DNA from: Patescibacteria group bacterium | GTDB lineage: Bacteria > Patescibacteriota > Microgenomatia > UBA12405 | Direction: 5' to 3' | DNA length: 64,000 nt | Assembly: GCA_023380755.1 (NCBI GenBank) | Contig: JAMCSD010000002.1 | Coordinates: forward strand, 22,022 to 86,021 | Part shown: positions 8,675-16,933 of the stretch, in pieces | Layout: each line of letters begins with the position of its first letter | How positions within the stretch are numbered: position 1 is the first letter of the stretch | The notes under the pieces: generated by a model | Told to the model about the DNA's origin: nothing | Databases searched by the model: none | The model's input: the letters and a program-made list of their open reading frames with translations, nothing else | Position numbers and translations under genes: made by a program

Positions 8675-9555
8675 GCGTTGGGTGTCAAATAAGATGTGTC
8701 GGAGTGGGTATCGTTGTCGGATTCGAGGGTTTTGTTACAAAGCTTTTGATAGAGGTTGCTGAGTTCGGTGAAGCGTTGGTCGATAGGCCCGTGAAATTGA
8801 AAAGTAACCCGAGTGACAACGTTGGTTTGGACAATTTTAACCTTAGTGGTTTTATCATCGAAAAATGATTCCAGGTCGCTGCCGATATTGTCCAGACGGG
8901 ATTTAAGGAATTGGGGTAAGTTTTCTTTGGTGATGGGGACAGTCCCCTCTTCAATCTTTTTGCGCATGCGGCGGGCAATATCTTCGGCGCGGCGGACAGA
9001 AGCCTTTTCCCGGAGAACGATTTTGTAGGCTTCGATCATCAGACGGGTGTCACTGATGCCGGAAAGGGCCCGAGCGTGACCTTCGGTGATGAGGCCGGTC
9101 AAAAGACCGTCCTTGAGGGCGTCGGGTAGGGTGAGGAGTTTGAGGACGTTGATGACATAAGGGATACTTTTACCCATGCGTTTAGCAATTTTGTTGTTAT
9201 CAAAGGTAAATTCTTCTTTTAGTCGTAAAAAGGCTTTGGCCCGTTCAATGGGGTTAAGGTCTTTGCGTTGGATATTTTCAACGATGGCCATTTCCAACAT
9301 TTGCTGGGGACTAGTTTCTTTGACGAGCGCAGGGACATATTCCAGTTTGAGAAGACGGGCTGCCCGCCATCGCCTTTCACCGGCAATTATTTGGTAGCCG
9401 GCCGGAGTCTTGGCGACAATAAGAGGTTCCAGAATTCCGTGTTCCCGGATGGAATCGACCAGTTCTGTCAAGGATTCGGGAGAAATAATCCCCCGGGGCT
9501 GAAGAGGGTTTGGCTCCAGCTGATTGGTAGGAATTTGAGAAACAGACTTCATCAT
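8671..9555 (-). CDS. parB: Chromosome partitioning protein ParB/Spo0J
   Basis: ParB N-terminal box LEPLIVAKTPAGYQIIAGERRWRAARLL. HTH region NNKIAKRMGKSIPYVINVLKLLTLP. Confidence 0.9.
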   Translation of the reverse strand: MMKSVSQIPTNQLEPNPLQPRGIISPESLTELVDSIREHGILEPLIVAKTPAGYQIIAGERRWRAARLLKLEYVPALVKETSPQQMLEMAIVENIQRKDLNPIERAKAFLRLKEEFTFDNNKIAKRMGKSIPYVINVLKLLTLPDALKDGLLTGLITEGHARALSGISDTRLMIEAYKIVLREKASVRRAEDIARRMRKKIEEGTVPITKENLPQFLKSRLDNIGSDLESFFDDKTTKVKIVQTNVVTRVTFQFHGPIDQRFTELSNLYQKLCNKTLESDNDTHSDTSYLTPNA

Positions 9556-9610
9556 GCTTTCAGCCTAGCATGAAAATGTTGGTGAAAAAAATATGACGAA
9601 GTGGATCAAG

Positions 9611-9862
9611 TTAAGCGTGGATAACGGTGACAAATTTCTTGCCTAAGCGTTGGAAGAACTTGACGATGCCAGGACGGACAGCGTAAATGGTGAAATCCTT
9701 TCCCAGCCGTGTTCCAATACCGGCATGAAAATGTGAGCCGACTTGACGGACAATAATTTGACCAACCTCGGTATGTTGCCCACCAGATTTTTTAACCCCC
9801 CGCCTTTGACCGGGACGGTTAGATTTTTGGTTAGTTTTACCTTGGGACTTGGTATGTGCCAT
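9611..9862 (-). CDS. rpmA: 50S ribosomal protein L27
   Basis: MAHTKSQGKT...GQIIVRQVGSHFHAGIGTRLGKDFTIYA matches the L27 core. Lies immediately downstream of rplU. Confidence 0.9.
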   Translation of the reverse strand: MAHTKSQGKTNQKSNRPGQRRGVKKSGGQHTEVGQIIVRQVGSHFHAGIGTRLGKDFTIYAVRPGIVKFFQRLGKKFVTVIHA

Positions 9863-9866
9863 AGAT

Positions 9867-10181
9867 TTAGTAGGTTATTTTGGTAATTTTTATATCGGTC
9901 AGTTGAGATCTAAAGCCGTGAGTTTTGCGGTAACGGGACTTGCCTTTGTACTTAAAAACCCGGATTTTATCACCCTGGTAGTGCTTGATTATTTCAAAGT
10001 CAACGCTGGCGTTTTGGACTAAGGGAGCGCCAATTTTAGCATCTTTGTCGTTAACGACCAATAGAACCTGGTCGGTAGATTGGGTTTGGCCGACTTTGGC
10101 GTCAATCAAGTCAACAGTATAGGTCTTGCCTTCCTCGATTTTGTATTGGCTGCCAGATATGGCAATAACAGCGTATTTCAT
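9867..10181 (-). CDS. rplU: 50S ribosomal protein L21
   Basis: MKYAVIAISGSQYKIEEGKTYTVDL is the canonical L21 N-terminus. The tracked ORF (to 10238) carries a 19-codon upstream extension that covers the promoter. Confidence 0.9.
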   Translation of the reverse strand: MKYAVIAISGSQYKIEEGKTYTVDLIDAKVGQTQSTDQVLLVVNDKDAKIGAPLVQNASVDFEIIKHYQGDKIRVFKYKGKSRYRKTHGFRSQLTDIKITKITY

Positions 10182-10188
10182 AGGTCTG

Positions 10189-10216
10189 ATTATAGCATGC
10201 TTAGGAAATTGATCAA
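10189..10216 (-). promoter_or_regulatory. Sigma-70-type promoter (TTGATC-N16-TATAAT with TGC extended -10) driving rplU-rpmA, probably leaderless
   Basis: Minus strand reads TTGATCaatttcctaagcaTGCTATAATcagacctATG. Only 7 nt separate the -10 hexamer from the ATG, and there is no Shine-Dalgarno. Confidence 0.5.
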
Positions 10217-10258
10217 ATATCGATATTATTGGGGGCAAACGGATAAGAAGGCTGAAGT

Positions 10259-11242
10259 TTAGGATGAGTAGATGATACCCAAGGAAAAAAGGAGGGACAT
10301 CAGCGATGAACCACCATAAGAGATGAATGGCAGGGGGATCCCGGTTACCGGCAGAATGCCAATATTCATCCCGATATTAACAAAGGCTTGGAACCAGATT
10401 TGAGTAACGACGCTGAGAGTGAAGAGGGAAAGAGCGGTGTCTGAGGTGGAAAAGGCTTTTTGGAGTAAAGCCCGAAAAAGGAAAAAATAGGCGACCAGAA
10501 GAGTAACAATCCCCACTAAACCAATTTCTTCAGCGAGGGAAGCAAACATAAAATCAGTTTGTTTTTCAGGAAGGAATTTTAGTTGGCCTTGAGAGCCTTG
10601 TTTAAAACCGCGACCGGTAAGCCCCCCGGCCCCGACGGCAATGGTGGATTGGATAACATTGTAACCTTTGTTTAGGGGGTCTTTTTGGGGCTCAAGAAAG
10701 TAGACGATACGGTTCCGTTGATAATCGTGGAGGCCATATTTCCATAAGAATGGAGAAGCAGTCAGGCAAGCGATGAGAAAGATGGCAGCAATTTTTGCAA
10801 GCTTGGGTTGGCCCAGAAAGGTGGGAACGGTGAGGGCCAGATAGGAAAGAGCGCTACCTAAGTCTGGTTGCGCCATGATAATTAAGGCGGGAATGAGGAG
10901 CCAAAATGGCTGTCCGGTAGTAACCAAAAAGAGAATAAAAAACGGTTTGGCAATTTCCGAGGGTTGAATAGTAAGCGGTCCGATGTCAATCCAGCGGCGG
11001 GAGCCACGGGTTATGTGATTTAAGAGAATTGGGGCGAAGAGAAAAAGACTGCCAAAGACAAAAAAAAGCCATCTTGAAGGAGCGGTATTTTTGGGAGAAA
11101 TTAGCCGACCGGCCAAAAAGAGCCCGATACCGATGGCCCAGCTTAAAAGTTGTTTGGGCAGCAGCTCCGGGGTGAGTGATAACACCATAAAGGTGTTTAG
11201 ACCAAAGAGGGTTAAAAGGCTTAAGAAAAAGCTAAGTGGCAT
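10259..11242 (-). CDS. SEDS-family peptidoglycan glycosyltransferase (RodA/FtsW paralog)
   Basis: Polytopic protein with motifs GSQGQLKFLPEKQTDFMFASLAEEIGLVG and GIPLPFISYGGSSL. It is a second SEDS gene outside the dcw cluster. Confidence 0.85.
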   Translation of the reverse strand: MPLSFFLSLLTLFGLNTFMVLSLTPELLPKQLLSWAIGIGLFLAGRLISPKNTAPSRWLFFVFGSLFLFAPILLNHITRGSRRWIDIGPLTIQPSEIAKPFFILFLVTTGQPFWLLIPALIIMAQPDLGSALSYLALTVPTFLGQPKLAKIAAIFLIACLTASPFLWKYGLHDYQRNRIVYFLEPQKDPLNKGYNVIQSTIAVGAGGLTGRGFKQGSQGQLKFLPEKQTDFMFASLAEEIGLVGIVTLLVAYFFLFRALLQKAFSTSDTALSLFTLSVVTQIWFQAFVNIGMNIGILPVTGIPLPFISYGGSSLMSLLFSLGIIYSS

Positions 11243-14030
11243 TGACTATTGTTAGCTTATCAGATTTTTCAATAGAAACCGCTAAGGTTTTTTCGAGGAT
11301 GGCTTTTTCAAAGGAGACTGGCCAGGTAGGGGCGAGGATTTTAATTTTTTGATCAAGTTTTAATCCCCGTTCTTTGCGCATTACCTGGATCGAGCGAACT
11401 AAGTCGCGGTACTCCCCTTCGGCTTTTAACTCCAGAGTAATGGTGGTGTCGAGGGTAATGACGTGGGGGCCACTATTTTTTTCCCAGATGACCTTTTTGA
11501 CATTAGTTTCTTCTTTAATGATGTCGGTGAGTTCCGTCGACGGGAGCGGTGCGGCGGTTTTAATGGTGACTTGGGCTAAGGGTTGGCGGATTTTGATTCC
11601 GGCTGCCTGGCGTTCGGCATGAACCAGCTGGCAAAATTCACGGACTAACTGCATGTCATCTTCGAGTTTCAGATCGATTAATTTTTCGTTGACAATAGGC
11701 CAATTCTGGGTGTGAACAGTAGTGCCCGAAGAATTGGGGGTAAAACCCTGAAGATTTTGATAAATGGTTTCGGTGAGATAGGGGACAAAAGGAGCCATGA
11801 TGACGGTCAGCTGAGAGAAGAGGTGGTAAAGAAGGGCAAGATTATCTGACCGGTCCCGGCTGCGGCGGATATACCAGGTGGATAGATTGGAGACAAAGTC
11901 TTCGATGGCTTTGGTGGCGGCCGCGGTGCTATATTTTTCCAAAGAGGCGGAAACCTTTTTGTTGGTGTGGTGGAGCTGTGAAAGGATCCAGCGGTCAAGA
12001 ACAGGAGCGGATTTTTCTAAAAGGAATTCGGTGGTATCGGGCTGCCAATTTTCGAAATTAGCATGTTGGGTAAAGAAACGATAGGAATTCCACAAGATTA
12101 AGAAAAACTCCCTTTTCACCTTATCAGCAATAGAAAAACCAAAATTGACGTTGGCAGCCGGCTTTTGCTGGCAGTACATCCAACGCATGGCATCAACACC
12201 CATCTGGGTGACAGCATCTTCCCAAGGGATACCGTTCTTTTTGGTTTTGTGGATGGTATTGCCTTTTTCATCGCGGACCTCGGCATGAGTAACAACAGCT
12301 TTATAGGGAGGAACCCCAACAAAGGTAACACTAAAAAACAACATCGAATAAAACCATAAGCGGACCTGTTCGGTCATTTCCAGGACCATATCCGCCGGAA
12401 ACCATTTTTGCCAGTAAGATTTATCTTCAAGATATCTGAGAGTGGAAAAAGGCACGACGCCGGCATCCAGCCAGACATCGCCAACGTCGGGGATGCGCGG
12501 GATGGCGTCACCGCAATGAGGACATTTGATCTGAATCTCGTCAATCCAGGGACGGTGGAAACTGGGAAGTCTGTCTACCAACTCGGGGATTACGGCGAGT
12601 GATTTGAGTTCTTCGATACTCCCGACAACAGTCAATTTATGGCATTTGGTGCACTCATAGAAAGGCAGGGCTAGGCCATAAAAGCGCTTGCGATTGATCA
12701 TCCAATCTTCCATGGTATCGAGCCAGTTTTGCATCCGACGGCCAATATATTTGGGATGCCAATCAACCTTTTTGGCAGCAGCCTTCAATAACGGGCGGAT
12801 TTCATCGGATTTAATAAACCAGGAGTCTTCGAGCCGGAACAAGCACTTGGTTTTACAGCGCCAGCAATGAGGGTAGCGATGGGTAACCGGCTCAGTTTTG
12901 AAAAGAGCACCGACAGATTTTAAATACTCAAAAACCTTGGAGGCGACATCGTGGGCATATAGTCCGGTAAGTTCACCATAGCCTTCAAGAAAGTGGCCGC
13001 TGGGGTCGAGGGGGGCCAGGGCGGCAGCATTAAGGCGCTTACCCAGTTCAAAGTCTTCTTGACCACAGCCAGGTGCAATATGGACAACGCCGGTTCCCTC
13101 ATCGGGGCTAACATCTTCCCAGTTGGTAATGTAGTGTCTAATGCCAGATTGGGCGGGAATGTCGAAAAGAGATTCATATTCTAAGTTTAAAAGAGTGGAA
13201 GCATCAATGGGTTCGTAGTCAGTTAGGCCAAGGCGATCAGCTGCCGTCTTTGCCAGGTAAACCGATTGGTCGTCGAGACGGGCTTTGACGTATTCATACT
13301 CCGTATTGATAGCCAATAATACGTTAGCGGCCAACGTCCAGGGGGTCGTAGTCCATGCCAGAACGTACTCATTATCTTTGCCTTTTAATTTAAACTTGAG
13401 GTAAACGGAGGTGTCAGTATCTTCTTGGTAGCCATCGGCTTCTTCGTGTTGAGATAAGCCGGTTTCACAGCGGGGGCACCAGGTGGTGGCGCTTTTCTTT
13501 TTAATCAACCAACCTTTTTCTTGGACAATTTTCAGGAAGTGCCAGATGTAAAGGTTGTTGGTTTGAGAGTTGGTGTAATAAGAATTATCCCAATCCATGA
13601 ACATGCCCAGGCGCTTTGATTGTTCGGTCTGAATCTGGCTATATTTTTGGACACGGGCAAGACAGGCTTTGGTAAAATTTTCCAGGCCAAAGTTAATAAT
13701 ATCTTTTTTGGAGTTAAATCCAGATTCTTTTTCGACTTCAACTTCGACCCACAGGCCTTGGCAATCAAAACCATTTTGAAATCTTTGTTGGAATCCTTGG
13801 GCGTTTTTGTAGCGCTGAAATAAGTCTTTTAGGGTTCGACCGCGGGCATGATGAACACCCATGGGGTTGTTGGCCGTGATGGGGCCATCGATAAAAGAAA
13901 ATATTTTTTCGGATCGGTCGTTTTTATGAAGATATTGGGAGACAAGGTCGTGGTCGTACCACCAGACTTCAATTTGTTTTTCCAGTTCCGGAAAATTAGG
14001 ATTTTGGGGAAGATCTTTAAAGTAAGCCAT
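11232..14030 (-). CDS. ileS: Isoleucyl-tRNA synthetase (type 2-like)
   Basis: Motifs GPITANNPMGVHHARGRTLKD (HIGH-region variant), TTPWTLAANVLLAIN, zinc knuckles WCPRCETGL / CWRCKT / CTKCH / CPHCG, and the KMSKS-like region HKTKKNG. Start chosen at MAYFKDLP (AGGA 11 nt upstream). The tracked TTG at 14069 lies inside a terminator hairpin. Confidence 0.9.
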   Translation of the reverse strand: MAYFKDLPQNPNFPELEKQIEVWWYDHDLVSQYLHKNDRSEKIFSFIDGPITANNPMGVHHARGRTLKDLFQRYKNAQGFQQRFQNGFDCQGLWVEVEVEKESGFNSKKDIINFGLENFTKACLARVQKYSQIQTEQSKRLGMFMDWDNSYYTNSQTNNLYIWHFLKIVQEKGWLIKKKSATTWCPRCETGLSQHEEADGYQEDTDTSVYLKFKLKGKDNEYVLAWTTTPWTLAANVLLAINTEYEYVKARLDDQSVYLAKTAADRLGLTDYEPIDASTLLNLEYESLFDIPAQSGIRHYITNWEDVSPDEGTGVVHIAPGCGQEDFELGKRLNAAALAPLDPSGHFLEGYGELTGLYAHDVASKVFEYLKSVGALFKTEPVTHRYPHCWRCKTKCLFRLEDSWFIKSDEIRPLLKAAAKKVDWHPKYIGRRMQNWLDTMEDWMINRKRFYGLALPFYECTKCHKLTVVGSIEELKSLAVIPELVDRLPSFHRPWIDEIQIKCPHCGDAIPRIPDVGDVWLDAGVVPFSTLRYLEDKSYWQKWFPADMVLEMTEQVRLWFYSMLFFSVTFVGVPPYKAVVTHAEVRDEKGNTIHKTKKNGIPWEDAVTQMGVDAMRWMYCQQKPAANVNFGFSIADKVKREFFLILWNSYRFFTQHANFENWQPDTTEFLLEKSAPVLDRWILSQLHHTNKKVSASLEKYSTAAATKAIEDFVSNLSTWYIRRSRDRSDNLALLYHLFSQLTVIMAPFVPYLTETIYQNLQGFTPNSSGTTVHTQNWPIVNEKLIDLKLEDDMQLVREFCQLVHAERQAAGIKIRQPLAQVTIKTAAPLPSTELTDIIKEETNVKKVIWEKNSGPHVITLDTTITLELKAEGEYRDLVRSIQVMRKERGLKLDQKIKILAPTWPVSFEKAILEKTLAVSIEKSDKLTIVNAT

Positions 14031-14053
14031 GGGTGTTATTTTCCTTTTTTTAT

Positions 14054-14078
14054 AAAAAAAATCCTTCAATAAGAAGGA
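14054..14078 (-). terminator. Rho-independent terminator-like hairpin with a U8 tract, between ftsZ and ileS
   Basis: Minus strand reads TCCTTC-ttatt-GAAGGA followed by TTTTTTTT. It ends 24 nt upstream of the ileS ATG. Confidence 0.6.
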
Positions 14079-14109
14079 TAGTTTCGGACTCCGGCTGGTG
14101 AGCGGAGTC

Positions 14110-14142
14110 TTAGTTAATGGTAATAATTGAGAGACAGGTCAT
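14110..14142 (-). promoter_or_regulatory. Candidate Ile-rich leader mini-ORF (MTCLSIITIN*) in the ileS leader
   Basis: ATG ACC TGT CTC TCA ATT ATT ACC ATT AAC TAA starts 10 nt downstream of a TATAAT box (14153-14158). Its stop abuts a 7-bp hairpin (GACTCCG/CGGAGTC, 14087-14109) upstream of the terminator. Confidence 0.25.
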
Positions 14143-14165
14143 GAATGCCAATATTATACAACAGA

Positions 14166-15326
14166 TTAATTGTTTTTCTTTAAAAATGAGGGAATATCAA
14201 AAGAATCAGAAATGTCGACTCCCGGAGGGAGTTCTTTGTTGCCGAGAAGCTCATTTATTTTTTCGGTATCATTGTTACGGTTGTCGGTGTGGTTGACTGG
14301 GGTAGGGGTGGAGACTACGGGTGGCGTAAAGAAGGGTTTTTTGGTTTGCCCGAATATGCGTTGGCGGGTTTCGTCAAATCCGGTAGCGATAACGGTGATC
14401 TTCATTTTATTTTTAAGACTGGGATCGATCGAAGCCCCAAAAATAATATTGGCATCTGGTGAAGCTTTTTCGGTGATGGCGTGGGCGGCTTCTTCGATTT
14501 CGGCCATGGTAAGGTCAGCTCCGCCGGTAATATTAATTAGGATGCCTCGGGCGCCATCAACATTGACCTCCACTAATGGTGAATAAATGGCTTGGTTGAC
14601 AGCTTCTTGGGCTTTAGTTTCCCCCTCCCCTTCCCCAACTCCCATTAAAGCTGAGCCGGCGTTGGACATGACACTTTTAATATCAGCAAAATCAAGGTTG
14701 ATTAAACCTGGGATGGTAATAAGATCCGAAATAGCCCGGGTACCTTTGGTCAGAACGGAATCGGCGGTTTTAAAGGCCTGCTGTAGGGTGGCTTTATTGT
14801 TAACTACTTCCATGACTTTTTGGTTGGGAATCACAATCAAAGTGTCGACATTCTTTTTAAGCTGGGCAATTCCTTCTTCGGCATTTGTCATCCGGCGGGT
14901 GCCCTCGAAAAGAAATGGTTTGGTGACTACGGCAATAGTCAAAATTCCTAATTCCTTTTTAGCGACTGAAGCAATGACAGGAGCGGCACCAGTGCAAGTA
15001 CCACCGCCCATACCACCAGTGATAAAAACCATATCAGTGCCTTCAAGGATTTCACGGATTTTGTCGTGCGACTCTTCGGCTGCTTTTTGACCGACTTGGG
15101 GGTTGGAACCGGCCCCCAAACCTTTGGTAAGTTTTTCTCCGATCTGGATTTTGATCGGAGATTGAGAGTTGAGCAGGGCTTGGGAATCAGTATTGATGGC
15201 CACAAAATCAACGCCGTTAATGCCGCCTTCACCAATCATGGAATTGACAGCATTGTTGCCGCCTCCGCCAACCCCTAAGACTTTTATTTTGGCAAATTGT
15301 CCGGCCAGTGTTTTGATTAGGGCCAT
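14166..15326 (-). CDS. ftsZ: Cell division protein FtsZ
   Basis: Motifs IKVLGVGGGGNNAVN, the tubulin signature region GGMGGGTCTGAAPVIA, NTD, and the C-terminal peptide DIPSFLKK. Confidence 0.97.
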   Translation of the reverse strand: MALIKTLAGQFAKIKVLGVGGGGNNAVNSMIGEGGINGVDFVAINTDSQALLNSQSPIKIQIGEKLTKGLGAGSNPQVGQKAAEESHDKIREILEGTDMVFITGGMGGGTCTGAAPVIASVAKKELGILTIAVVTKPFLFEGTRRMTNAEEGIAQLKKNVDTLIVIPNQKVMEVVNNKATLQQAFKTADSVLTKGTRAISDLITIPGLINLDFADIKSVMSNAGSALMGVGEGEGETKAQEAVNQAIYSPLVEVNVDGARGILINITGGADLTMAEIEEAAHAITEKASPDANIIFGASIDPSLKNKMKITVIATGFDETRQRIFGQTKKPFFTPPVVSTPTPVNHTDNRNNDTEKINELLGNKELPPGVDISDSFDIPSFLKKNN

Positions 15327-15330
15327 AATT

Positions 15331-16581
15331 TTATGGAAGTAACGGTTCGATCAGATCTTTAAATCTTCCAAACAAGGTGCCGACTTTGACTTTTGACTTG
15401 CTGCGGGTAGTGGAGATTTTGCCTTTTTTCTCTTGATGGAAACCGTACATTAATAAACCAATAGAACTAGTATACCCGGGATTTAAGATTTCATCTACTA
15501 AGCCCCCAATCTTGGGAGGAGAGGCAATCCGTAAGGGTAAAGGAATGATGGATGAGCAGATTTCTTTGACCATGACTGTTTGGGCACCACCACCGGTGAG
15601 AACTATTCCGGCGGGAATTAAGGCTTTATAACCACTTTTATTAATTTCATCGTCTATTAACGAAAATATTTCTTCCAAACGCGGCTTGATAATACCGTTG
15701 ACGGCTGTTTGAAGAGAGATCTTGTGTTGTTCAGATTCCACTCCAAAGTGACTCAGCTCAACTTCATCTTCAAAATTTTTGTTTTCAACATATTTACCTA
15801 ACTTAGTTTTAATTTTTTCGGCATCATCAAGAGAAAAACGTAAGCCGATAGCTAAATCATTAGTGACATTGGTGGCTCCGACGGGTAAAACGGAAGCAAA
15901 GCAGGGTGAGGATTCGCTGAAAATGGTAATGCTGGTAACAGTACCACCGATATCGACCAGGGCTACTCCTAACTCGCGCTCAGTTTCGGTTAAAGCGGTG
16001 GTGGCGGTGGCGATGCCCGAGTAAGCGAGTCCAGAGATCTCGATGCCCACCTCATCGAGACATTTTTCGAGGTTTTTGAGAGCCGAAGTAGAGGCGACAA
16101 TGATATTGGTTTCCACTTCCAGGCGGACTCCATTCATACCTATGGGGTCAACAATCCCCTCCTGACCATCAACAGTATAAACACGAGGGATGATATGGAT
16201 AATCTCTTTACCGGCCGGCATGGTCACGGCTTTAGCCGCCTCGATTACCCGGTCGACATCGGCGGCGACAATTTCTCCGTTGGGTGAGGCCACAGCGACA
16301 ACACCTTTGGAGTTTAGTGACTGAATGTGGGAAGCAGCAATAGAGATGTAGGCGTCTTTTATTTGAATACCGGCCATTCTTTCGGCAGATTCAACGCTTT
16401 TAGTGATAGTCTCGACGGCTTGCTCGAGATTAATAATTTGGCTTTTACGGAAACCTAAACTGGGAACCGGGGCGACGGCAATGATGTTAAATCGATCTTC
16501 AGCTTCAAAATATTGGCCGACAATAGTGGTAACTTTACTAGAGCCTATATCGATACCATTAATTATTTTTGAGTGTTGCAT
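15331..16581 (-). CDS. ftsA: Cell division protein FtsA
   Basis: Actin-fold phosphate motifs GIDIGSSKV and VDIGGTVTSITIF, plus LTGGGAQ. Lies directly upstream of ftsZ. Confidence 0.95.
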   Translation of the reverse strand: MQHSKIINGIDIGSSKVTTIVGQYFEAEDRFNIIAVAPVPSLGFRKSQIINLEQAVETITKSVESAERMAGIQIKDAYISIAASHIQSLNSKGVVAVASPNGEIVAADVDRVIEAAKAVTMPAGKEIIHIIPRVYTVDGQEGIVDPIGMNGVRLEVETNIIVASTSALKNLEKCLDEVGIEISGLAYSGIATATTALTETERELGVALVDIGGTVTSITIFSESSPCFASVLPVGATNVTNDLAIGLRFSLDDAEKIKTKLGKYVENKNFEDEVELSHFGVESEQHKISLQTAVNGIIKPRLEEIFSLIDDEINKSGYKALIPAGIVLTGGGAQTVMVKEICSSIIPLPLRIASPPKIGGLVDEILNPGYTSSIGLLMYGFHQEKKGKISTTRSKSKVKVGTLFGRFKDLIEPLLP

Positions 16582-16933
16582 ACGGTCGGAGACTACTTAA
16601 ATCGATAAATTCAGCATGCTTACCATTCATTGTAGCGATTTTTAAAATTTTTTGTAAAGACGCTATTTGGAAAAATGGGTCATTATTGGTACTGATCATG
16701 GCGATAAAGTCATGATTCCCCGATCGGATTGAGAGGCGACAAAAATCAAGAAATTCCTGACAATCTGGACTTTTGGAAAGTGTCAGATTGTTGCTTTGGA
16801 GGCTAAATTCCAGCTTATTTAGAAAACTGGGATTATAAATTACTTGTTTGGTGAGGAAGGTACTGTTGGACATTATCAGCCCGATGACAATGCTCATTAT
16901 ACCAAGAATGCTCAGGTATCTATACCATCTCAT
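16559..16933 (-). CDS. Small bitopic membrane protein in the FtsQ/DivIB position (minimal FtsQ-like, hypothetical)
   Basis: Single N-terminal TM helix (YLSILGIMSIVIGLIM) and a domain of about 95 aa. The call rests on synteny between murG and ftsA only; no POTRA motif was recognised. Confidence 0.35.
   Translation of the reverse strand: MRWYRYLSILGIMSIVIGLIMSNSTFLTKQVIYNPSFLNKLEFSLQSNNLTLSKSPDCQEFLDFCRLSIRSGNHDFIAMISTNNDPFFQIASLQKILKIATMNGKHAEFIDLSSLRPYATLKNN

Noticed and set aside
9556-9575. Inverted repeat CATGCT-N8-AGCATG between rpmA and parB, considered as a terminator
   Set aside because: On the transcribed (minus) strand the T-run precedes the hairpin rather than following it. The 3' arm also overlaps the parB start codon. 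Evidence is insufficient for a terminator or regulatory call.
8671-9610. Search for a parS site (TGTTTCACGTGAAACA-like) near parB
   Set aside because: Only isolated half-site fragments (GTTTCAC, GTGAAAC) occur elsewhere in the window, inside coding regions. There is no palindromic full site, so no parS is reported.
11374-13823. Roughly a dozen 60-85 codon ORFs on both strands within ileS
   Set aside because: All are nested in the 933-codon IleRS frame, which has continuous family motifs. I judge them to be chance frames.
14170-15278. Long antisense ORFs opposite ftsZ (14170-14586, 14587-15090, 15066-15278 on plus; 14948-15235 alternate frame)
   Set aside because: FtsZ on the minus strand is unambiguous over its full length. 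The opposite-strand frames are Ser/Pro/Arg-rich shadow ORFs with no recognisable motifs.
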